A stretch of 5,713 nucleotides of DNA from Candidatus Auribacterota bacterium (GTDB lineage Bacteria; Auribacterota; UBA6266). Shown piece by piece: positions 1 through 5,559 of the stretch (positions within the stretch are counted from its first letter, which is position 1; the number at the start of each line of letters is the position of its first letter). The notes under the pieces are model-generated. The model had not been told where the DNA came from, ran no database searches, and was given only the letters and a program-made list of their open reading frames with translations. The DNA lies in the NCBI GenBank assembly GCA_023136205.1, contig JAGLRQ010000164.1:1-5713 (forward strand), read 5' to 3'. Position numbers and translations under genes: made by a program.

Positions 1-216
1 GTCAAAAATAAAGAAATTCATTTGATTATAAATACGCCAACCGGCAGGTTAAGCAAAAACGATGATTCATATGTCCGCAAAGCAGCGATACAACATAAGA
101 CACCATATATAACCACTGTAGCCGCCGCTCTCGCCGCCGCAAAGGGTATTACCGCATATCATCAGGGAGAAGCCGGCGTTAAATCGCTTCAGGAATATCA
201 CTCAGATATTAAGTAA
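1..216 (+). CDS. carB: Carbamoyl-phosphate synthase large subunit, C-terminal fragment (MGS-like allosteric domain); 5' end lies outside the window
   Basis: Frame 1 is open from base 1: VKNKEIHLIINTPTGRLSKNDDSYVRKAAIQHKTPYITTVAAALAAAKGI...SLQEYHSDIK*, with TAA at 214-216. The pattern 'IINT.sGr....D...iRr.A.q.k.pY.TT......a..a......v.slQe.H..IK' matches my memory of the extreme C-terminus of bacterial CarB. The TTG at 22 in the ORF track is an internal codon, not the start. Confidence 0.85.
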   Translation, partial: VKNKEIHLIINTPTGRLSKNDDSYVRKAAIQHKTPYITTVAAALAAAKGITAYHQGEAGVKSLQEYHSDIK

Positions 217-240
217 CGTTTGTTTTTAGTCTTTTTTCGA

Positions 241-269
241 TTCACAAGATACTAGATACCGGGTACTAT
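241..269 (+). promoter_or_regulatory. Candidate sigma70-like promoter for the small membrane ORF. The predicted transcription start site (TSS) falls about at the ATG, so the transcript may be leaderless.
   Basis: TTCACA (241-246, 5/6 to TTGACA), a 17-nt spacer, then TACTAT (264-269, 4/6 to TATAAT). A start about 7 nt downstream of the -10 lands at roughly 276-277, and the ATG is at 277. No SD-like purine run exists in 255-276. In AT-rich DNA such hexamers occur by chance. Confidence 0.3.
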
Positions 270-276
270 ATTAGTT

Positions 277-624
277 ATGGGTTTCATAATAAAAAAATCC
301 AATCTGGAGAAAGCTCTTGCTATATCAATGGCCGCATCATATCTCGGGGCCTCGCTTAATGCTTATGTAATTTACTTTTACTCAAAAGGATTAACCGAAT
401 TTTCGTTTGCCGGTTTTTTAACCTCAACATTACTCGGAGCACTGGCAACGTTATACACAATAGCATTTGCCTTATACTGCGGAATTTTTAAACTCTTATC
501 TAGATGGTTAACACGTCCGGGAGACCCAAAATGGGTTCTTATTGTTATGCCTGCTATTGTCTTTTTGTATAGTTCAACGGTAGTATATTTTCTGTGGATT
601 GTTTTTTGCGAACCCGGTCAGTAA
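277..624 (+). CDS. Hypothetical small integral membrane protein (115 aa, about 3 predicted TM helices); family not recognised
   Basis: A 348-nt ATG-initiated ORF in AT-rich DNA, with no competing ORF on either strand across 217-617. Three hydrophobic stretches lie at roughly residues 13-35, 42-71 and 86-110. Basic residues cluster at the N-terminus (KK..K) and in the loop KLLSRWLTRPGDPK, consistent with positive-inside topology. No SD sequence precedes the ATG. I recognise no motifs. Confidence 0.6.
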   Translation: MGFIIKKSNLEKALAISMAASYLGASLNAYVIYFYSKGLTEFSFAGFLTSTLLGALATLYTIAFALYCGIFKLLSRWLTRPGDPKWVLIVMPAIVFLYSSTVVYFLWIVFCEPGQ

Positions 625-1415
625 GTAACTTTATAAAGATATAATCCCTGCGCGGGGGCAGTTTTGGAAGCGTAACATCTTTCCTTTGAACGGAGAATCC
701 TTTTCATGTCCTCTGGTTTTATTTTACCCCTGCCAATATCCACAAGAGTCCCCACTATTGAACGAACCATCTTATAAAGAAACCCGTCCCCAATAATATC
801 TATTCTTATTTTAGCACCCGACTTTACAACACTAACCGAAAATATTGTCTTAACGGTATTGTTAACTTTATATTTGGGGTTAACTCCGAAGGATTTAAAA
901 TCATATTTCCCTATAAGATAGGAGGCACCTTTTTCCATCGCTTTTATATCAAGCTTATAAGGTATAAGCCAGACACGGTTTCTTTCAAGAGCAGTTGGAA
1001 TTTTCCTGTTCAAGATAAGATACCTGTAATGTTTTATTTTAGCTGAATACCTCGCGTGAAAATCCTTATCAACTTCAGCAACGCCGGACACAGCTACTCC
1101 AGCGGGAAGCATGCTGTTTAAGGCTTTCTGCATATTTTTACACTTTATGGCGTCTGAGGTTTTGAAATTCGCAACCTGGGCTTTTGCATGGACTCCGGCA
1201 TCCGTTCTTCCAGATCCGTAAAGAGTCACGCTATGGCGGGTAATTTTCCCGAGGGTTTCCTGGATTACCTGTTGAACACTTAAATTATTTTTCTGAACCT
1301 GCCAGCCTTTAAAAAGGGTACCGTCATACTCAATAACAAGTTTAATATTTCTACTGCATTCCTTACGCAAGTTATTTTTCTGACAAATCCTTTTCACTTT
1401 CAAGCTCTTCTTCAA
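618..1415 (-). CDS. truA: tRNA pseudouridine(38-40) synthase TruA
   Basis: Contains IKLVIEYDGTLFKGWQVQ, the catalytic-Asp motif GSGRTDAGVHA, GDGFLYKMVRSIVGTL, and C-terminal APAQGLYLYKVTY. The longest ORF starts with TTG at 1415-1413, which overlaps the asd stop as TTGA. Alternative in-frame starts are TTG (1403-1401), GTG (1397-1395, preceded by GAAGAG plus 7 nt) and TTG (1370-1368). The 5' end is therefore uncertain by up to 15 codons. Stop is TGA at 620-618. Confidence 0.9.
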   Translation of the reverse strand: MKKSLKVKRICQKNNLRKECSRNIKLVIEYDGTLFKGWQVQKNNLSVQQVIQETLGKITRHSVTLYGSGRTDAGVHAKAQVANFKTSDAIKCKNMQKALNSMLPAGVAVSGVAEVDKDFHARYSAKIKHYRYLILNRKIPTALERNRVWLIPYKLDIKAMEKGASYLIGKYDFKSFGVNPKYKVNNTVKTIFSVSVVKSGAKIRIDIIGDGFLYKMVRSIVGTLVDIGRGKIKPEDMKRILRSKERCYASKTAPAQGLYLYKVTY

Positions 1416-2425
1416 AGAACCGCAATCAGTTCTTCGGCAATTTGAACAGCATTAAGAGCCGCGCCCTTTCTAATCTGGTCACCCACGACAAAAAAGGACA
1501 GTCCGTTTTTGACAGAATAGTCCTCTCTCAGCCTTCCAACAGCACAGTCATCTTTACCGCTCCAGTATAAAGGCATCGGATATATTTTTTTTGAAATATC
1601 ATCACAAAGCTGAACTCCGGGAAATGCTTCTATGAGTTCACGCGCTTTTTCCACAGTCACTTTTTTCTCAGTTTCAATATTTACAGAAACCGAGTGAGCT
1701 CTGAATACAGGAACCCGGACAGTGGTGCACACCGCGGAAAGATTTTTATCTCCGAGTATTTTTCTGGACTCGTTGTGAAGCTTCATCTCCTCTTTTGTAA
1801 ATCCGTTCTCGCCAAAAGAATCAATGTGAGGGATAACATTAAAAGCTATCTGGTACGGAAACACATTATTTTCCAGAGGTTTCTTGGAAACCCAGCTGTT
1901 AATCTGCTCTTCAAGTTCATTTATGGCTTTTGCTCCCGCACCCGAAACAGATTGATAACTCGACGCGACAATTCTTTTCACGCGCGAATATCTATGTATA
2001 GGAGCTATTCCCATTAGAGCTACTGCAGTGGTACAGTTGGGATTAGCAAGAATCCCCTTCTTTTTATAATTTCTGATACTTTCAGCATTAATTTCAGGCA
2101 CCACAAGAGGAACATCCGGATCCATTCTGTAAGCACTGGTATTATCAACAACAACCGCTCCGCTTTCAACCGCTGAAGGAACAAACCTTTTGCTTAGAGA
2201 ACCGCCGGCACTGAAAAATGCTATATCAATCCCCTCAAAAGAATTTTCCGCAAGAAGTTCAATTATAAACTTTTCATCTTTAAACTTAAATTCTTTCCCG
2301 GCAGAGCGCTCGGAAGCCAAACCTTTTATAGATTGCACAGGAAAATCCCTTTCCTCAAGGATGGAAAGCATCTCCTGCCCAACTGCTCCGGTAACTCCCG
2401 CTATCGCTATATTGTATGTTTTCAT
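1412..2425 (-). CDS. asd: Aspartate-semialdehyde dehydrogenase (short, Gram-positive/archaeal-like form, 337 aa)
   Basis: N-terminal Rossmann motif IAIAGVTGAVGQEML, active-site Cys context LANPNCTT, SYQSVSGAGAKAINEL, and active-site His context VRVPVFRAHSVSV. ATG at 2425-2423 is preceded by GGTGA. TGA stop at 1414-1412. Confidence 0.92.
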   Translation of the reverse strand: MKTYNIAIAGVTGAVGQEMLSILEERDFPVQSIKGLASERSAGKEFKFKDEKFIIELLAENSFEGIDIAFFSAGGSLSKRFVPSAVESGAVVVDNTSAYRMDPDVPLVVPEINAESIRNYKKKGILANPNCTTAVALMGIAPIHRYSRVKRIVASSYQSVSGAGAKAINELEEQINSWVSKKPLENNVFPYQIAFNVIPHIDSFGENGFTKEEMKLHNESRKILGDKNLSAVCTTVRVPVFRAHSVSVNIETEKKVTVEKARELIEAFPGVQLCDDISKKIYPMPLYWSGKDDCAVGRLREDYSVKNGLSFFVVGDQIRKGAALNAVQIAEELIAVL

Positions 2426-2427
2426 TT

Positions 2428-2447
2428 ATTCACCATTCACGATTCAC
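2428..2447 (-). repeat. Perfect 3x tandem heptamer-period repeat (GTGAAT-n)3 filling the leuB-asd junction
   Basis: The - strand reads caG TGA ATc GTGAATg GTGAATaa ATG. On the + strand, ATTCAC sits at 2428-2433, 2435-2440 and 2442-2447. The first copy contains the leuB TGA stop. The 7-nt period puts a TGA in each of the three frames. The last copy supplies the GGTGA SD-like element for asd. Confidence 0.7.
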
Positions 2448-3505
2448 TGTACTTGCTCAGCAACCATGTCTCCAACTTCAGTCGTGCTGTGTCCCATCTT
2501 TCCAGCAGAAAGGCTTTTTAACTTCGGGGTTATTTCCATAACAGCTTTCTCAATGCTTAATCCCGCTTTTCCTTCTCCTATTACTTCAAGCATCATTCCG
2601 CCGGCACAAATAGCAGCAAGCGGATTTATAACATTTTGTCCCGTATATTTAGGAGCCGAACCGCCAATAGGTTCAAACATTGAAACGCCTTCAGGATTTA
2701 TATTCCCTCCTGCCGCAATACCCATACCTCCCTGAATCATAGCTCCCAGATCAGTAATAATATCACCAAACATATTATCCGTAACTATAACATCAAACCA
2801 TTCCGGGTTTTTAATCATCCACATACACGTCGCGTCAACATGAGCATAATCCCGCTTAATCTCCGGGTAATCCTTTTGCCCTACCTCATGAAAAGCCCTT
2901 TCCCATAGATCAAACGCGTAAGTGAGAACATTTGTTTTACCGCATAATGTAAGTGTTTTTCCCTTATTGCGCTTCTTTGTAAACTCAAACGCGTACCTGA
3001 GACACCTCTCAACACCCTTTCTTGTATTCACCGATTCCTGAACGGCAACCTCATCAGGCGTACCTTTTTTGAGATATCCGCCCATACCGACATAAAGACC
3101 TTCGGTATTTTCTCTTACTACGACAAAATCAATATCTTCCGGACTTTTGTCTTTAAGCGGTGTCCATACTCCGGGATAAAGCTTAACAGGCCTCAGATTT
3201 ATATACTGGTCAAGCGCAAATCTTAAGGAAAGCAATATCCCCTTCTCAAGAATCCCCGGTTTTACATCAGGGTGGCCTATCGCTCCAAGATATATCGCAT
3301 CAAATTTTTTGAGATCTTCCACCGCTGATTCAGGAAGGGTTTCTCCGGTTTTTTTATATCTTTCTCCCCCAAAATCAAATTCAGTAAAATCAACACCAAA
3401 CCCAAACTTCGAAGACGCGGATTTAAGAACCTTAAGCCCCTCTCTTATAACCTCCGGCCCTGTCCCATCCCCCGGTATAACAGCAATTTTATAAGACTTC
3501 TTCAC
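2444..3505 (-). CDS. leuB: 3-isopropylmalate dehydrogenase-family beta-decarboxylating dehydrogenase ('ENTEG' archaeal / tartrate-DH-like subtype, 353 aa)
   Basis: Contains [78 protein letters not shown] and [23 protein letters not shown] start at 3505-3503 has a strong AAGGAG 7 nt upstream. TGA stop at 2446-2444. The leuB assignment rests largely on the position directly after leuCD. Confidence 0.85.
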   Translation of the reverse strand: MKKSYKIAVIPGDGTGPEVIREGLKVLKSASSKFGFGVDFTEFDFGGERYKKTGETLPESAVEDLKKFDAIYLGAIGHPDVKPGILEKGILLSLRFALDQYINLRPVKLYPGVWTPLKDKSPEDIDFVVVRENTEGLYVGMGGYLKKGTPDEVAVQESVNTRKGVERCLRYAFEFTKKRNKGKTLTLCGKTNVLTYAFDLWERAFHEVGQKDYPEIKRDYAHVDATCMWMIKNPEWFDVIVTDNMFGDIITDLGAMIQGGMGIAAGGNINPEGVSMFEPIGGSAPKYTGQNVINPLAAICAGGMMLEVIGEGKAGLSIEKAVMEITPKLKSLSAGKMGHSTTEVGDMVAEQVQ

Positions 3506-3512
3506 ATTTAAA

Positions 3513-3518
3513 CTCCTT
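3513..3518 (-). promoter_or_regulatory. Shine-Dalgarno for leuB (AAGGAG)
   Basis: The - strand reads TAA ctagAAGGAGtttaaatGTG. AAGGAG lies 7 nt before the GTG start, inside the 17-nt leuD-leuB gap. Confidence 0.75.
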
Positions 3519-3522
3519 CTAG

Positions 3523-4017
3523 TTAAAATTCATTCTTTTTTACAACATAATTCATCAACCCACCCGCGGAAATCAGATCCTGCATAAAAGCAGGAATAGG
3601 AACGGCAGTATAACTTTTCCCGGTCGTAAGATTTTTAATCTTCCCTGTTTCTGAATCAACCTCAAGCTCATCGCCAGTTGAAGCTTCTCTGGCTGCTTTT
3701 AACGAATCAAAAATAGGAAGCCCCATATTAAAAGAATTTCTGAAAAATATTCTCGCGAACGATTCCGCAACAACACAGCTGATTCCGGCAAATTTTATTG
3801 ACACCGGAGCATGTTCTCTTGAAGAACCACACCCGAAATTCTTGCCGCCGATCATAATATCCCCTTTTGAAATTTTCTTCACAAAATCCGGATCCGCATC
3901 TTCCATGCAGTGTTTCGCAAGTTCTAAAGGGTCAGAAGAATTAAGATACCTTGCCGGTATAATCGCATCTGTGTTTATATCGTCTCCGAATTTCCAAACT
4001 TTTCCCACGTAAATCAT
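3523..4017 (-). CDS. leuD: 3-isopropylmalate dehydratase small subunit, short type-2 form (164 aa)
   Basis: Contains [15 protein letters not shown] and the aconitase swivel-domain motif [18 protein letters not shown] at 4017-4015 overlaps the leuC stop (ATGA, 4017-4014). AAGAGG at 4030-4025 lies 7 nt upstream. TAA stop at 3525-3523. Confidence 0.9.
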   Translation of the reverse strand: MIYVGKVWKFGDDINTDAIIPARYLNSSDPLELAKHCMEDADPDFVKKISKGDIMIGGKNFGCGSSREHAPVSIKFAGISCVVAESFARIFFRNSFNMGLPIFDSLKAAREASTGDELEVDSETGKIKNLTTGKSYTAVPIPAFMQDLISAGGLMNYVVKKNEF

Positions 4018-5279
4018 TTCAAAACCTCTTCAGGTGAAGATATTTTTCCTGTAACCGCTGATGCAGCTGCCACAGCAGGGCCGGAAAGGTATACCTCGCT
4101 TTTTGGATGCCCCATCCTCCCTACAAAATTTCTATTAGTTGTAGCCAGTGCCTTTTCGCCGCCGGCAAGAATACCCATATGTCCTCCAAGGCACGGCCCG
4201 CACGTGGGAGCAGATACAACAGCCCCTGCTTTAATAAAAATCTCGATCAGGCCTTCTTCAAGGGCTTCCAGATACACTTTCTGCGAACCCGGTATTATAA
4301 TACATCTTAAATATTTTGCAACCTTTTGCCCTTTCATAATGTCAGCCGCCACCCTGAAATCTTCAATTCTTCCGTTAGTACAGGACCCTATTACAACCTG
4401 ATCAAGGATAACATCCTTTAAATCCCCCACGGGTTTTGTATTCTCCGGAAGGTGAGGACAGGCTATCTGCGGTTCAATATCCCCAACCTTGATTTTTATT
4501 ACATCAGCATACCGCGCGTCCTCATCACTTTCATAAAATACATACTTTTTAGTAGCTCTTTCCTTTACATATTTTTCCGTTATATCATCAGGAATAAATA
4601 TTCCGTTCTTGCCGCCGGCTTCTATCGCCATATTGGCCATCGAAAACCGGCCTGCCATATCAATATATTTCAATGCCGGCCCGGTAAACTCCATAGCTCT
4701 GTAAAGAGCTCCATCAACACCTATCTGTCCGATAGTATAAAGGATTAAGTCCTTTCCTCCAACCCACTTGCGCGGTTTTCCGGTATAAACAAACTTCATA
4801 GTTTCGGGAACCCTGAACCACGCCCGGCCGTTTACCATGGCAGCCGCAAGGTCTGTACTGCCAACCCCCGTTGAAAATGCTCCAAGCGCCCCGTAAGTAC
4901 ATGTATGGCTGTCAGCGCCGATAATAAGTTCCCCGGGAAGCACAATTCCCTGTTCGGGAAGAAGCACGTGTTCAATTCCAACTTCACCTATCTCGAAATA
5001 ATGAGTTATTTTATATTTTCTAGCAAAGTCTCTTAAAATTTTAGACTGTTCGGCGCTTGCAATATCCTTATTGGGGGTAAAGTGGTCCGGGACAAGAATA
5101 ATCCTATCCCTATCAAAAACATTTTTTACTTGAGTGCGTTCAAACTCACGAATAGCCATCGGCGCGGTAATATCATTTCCCAAAGCGATATCCACTTTCG
5201 CAATGATTAACTCGCCGGGAGAAACCTTAGCCTTCCCGGAATGCACAGCAAGAATCTTTTCTGTTATCGTCATTCCCAT
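4014..5279 (-). CDS. leuC: 3-isopropylmalate dehydratase large subunit, short type-2 form (421 aa)
   Basis: Contains [28 protein letters not shown], and the Fe-S ligand contexts [13 protein letters not shown] and [13 protein letters not shown], plus [14 protein letters not shown] at 5279-5277. AAGAGG at 5296-5291 lies 11 nt upstream. A second ATG two codons in has poorer spacing. Confidence 0.93.
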   Translation of the reverse strand: MGMTITEKILAVHSGKAKVSPGELIIAKVDIALGNDITAPMAIREFERTQVKNVFDRDRIILVPDHFTPNKDIASAEQSKILRDFARKYKITHYFEIGEVGIEHVLLPEQGIVLPGELIIGADSHTCTYGALGAFSTGVGSTDLAAAMVNGRAWFRVPETMKFVYTGKPRKWVGGKDLILYTIGQIGVDGALYRAMEFTGPALKYIDMAGRFSMANMAIEAGGKNGIFIPDDITEKYVKERATKKYVFYESDEDARYADVIKIKVGDIEPQIACPHLPENTKPVGDLKDVILDQVVIGSCTNGRIEDFRVAADIMKGQKVAKYLRCIIIPGSQKVYLEALEEGLIEIFIKAGAVVSAPTCGPCLGGHMGILAGGEKALATTNRNFVGRMGHPKSEVYLSGPAVAAASAVTGKISSPEEVLK

Positions 5280-5317
5280 AACACCAAAAACCTCTTATTT
5301 ACAAATTGAAAGCGCTG

Positions 5318-5346
5318 ATTATACAATTTAAATAGATTGATTTCAA
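5318..5346 (-). promoter_or_regulatory. Sigma70-type promoter of the leuC-leuD-leuB-asd-truA operon
   Basis: The - strand reads TTGAAA (5346-5341), a 17-nt spacer (tcaatctatttaaattg), then TATAAT (5323-5318). The -10 is a perfect consensus hexamer, and T/A-rich tracts upstream (5347-5400) resemble an UP element. The predicted TSS is near 5311, giving a 5' UTR of about 30 nt that contains the AAGAGG RBS. Confidence 0.6.
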
Positions 5347-5398
5347 CCCAAATTTTATACTCAAAAAACTTATATAAAAAGAAAAAAAGAATAAGATT

Positions 5399-5489
5399 GC
5401 CACGGAGATACTGAGAACACAGAGAAAAGATTAAAAAAGGTTAAAACACAAGTAGTTAAAAAATAAAAGTATTTATAAAACTCTGCGGC
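5399..5489. repeat. Purine-rich (N)3-5GAGA repeat block with a distal imperfect inverted partner; possible degenerate miniature repeat element
   Basis: Positions 5399-5430 read gccacGGAGAtactGAGAacacaGAGAaaaga. gccacggag (5399-5407) is an imperfect reverse complement of ctctgcggc (5481-5489): 7 Watson-Crick pairs, 1 G-T and 1 mismatch over 9 positions. An A-rich spacer of about 73 nt with no ORF separates them. Confidence 0.35.
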
Positions 5490-5559
5490 TTAAAAATATT
5501 ATGTTGTTTATCCGCGTCATTAGTGTTATTCGTAATTAAAAGTAATCGGGGGTTAAAAA

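Noticed and set aside
22-216. TTG at 22 offered by the ORF track as the start of a 64-aa protein
   Set aside because: The frame is open from base 1, and the upstream residues (VKNKEIH) continue the CarB C-terminal domain. This is a truncated carB, not a small gene.
194-239. Possible intrinsic terminator after carB: a 6-bp AATATC/GATATT hairpin followed by T-rich tttgtttttagtctttttt
   Set aside because: The stem is all A/T plus one G-C pair, lies inside the carB coding sequence, and is separated from the T-runs by about 9 nt. It is too weak to call, although the T-tracts may still give some termination.
646-665. GC-rich patch CCCTGCGCGGGGGCAG followed by TTTT, just after the membrane-ORF stop, as a candidate terminator
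   Set aside because: Only 3-4 bp stems can be drawn (CCC/GGG or CTGC/GCAG). The GC-richness is explained by the truA codons for the conserved A-P-A-Q-G segment on the other strand.
1694-2017. 107-aa + strand ORF antisense to asd
   Set aside because: It is a shadow ORF inside a well-supported asd CDS, with no recognisable motifs or RBS.
2190-2735. 181-aa + strand ORF spanning the asd/leuB junction, together with the nested 62-aa ORF at 2333-2521
   Set aside because: It is antisense to two strongly supported genes. The translation is Ser/Pro/Ile-rich and low in complexity with no motifs, as expected for a shadow frame opposite a real CDS. There is no RBS.
3309-3494. 61-aa + strand ORF antisense to the 5' part of leuB
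   Set aside because: It is a shadow ORF. Its low-complexity Ser/Pro-rich translation lies entirely within leuB.
4107-4902. Cluster of short ORFs inside leuC: + strand 4107-4310, 4204-4401 and 4452-4748, and - strand alternative frame 4714-4902
   Set aside because: All are embedded in the leuC CDS, whose own frame carries complete aconitase-family motifs. Their translations look like frame-shifted or antisense noise.
5134-5331. 65-aa + strand ORF running from inside leuC (antisense) into the intergenic region
   Set aside because: Most of it is antisense to the leuC N-terminus, and its end overlaps the leuC RBS and promoter. It has no RBS of its own.
5473-5502. Candidate promoter for the Nudix gene (TTATAA ... 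TATTAT)
   Set aside because: The -35 is poor (3/6), and the surrounding DNA is so A/T-rich that TATAAT-like hexamers are expected by chance. Several equally weak alternatives exist (e.g. TTGTTT 5504-5509 with TATTCG). The promoter cannot be placed from sequence alone.
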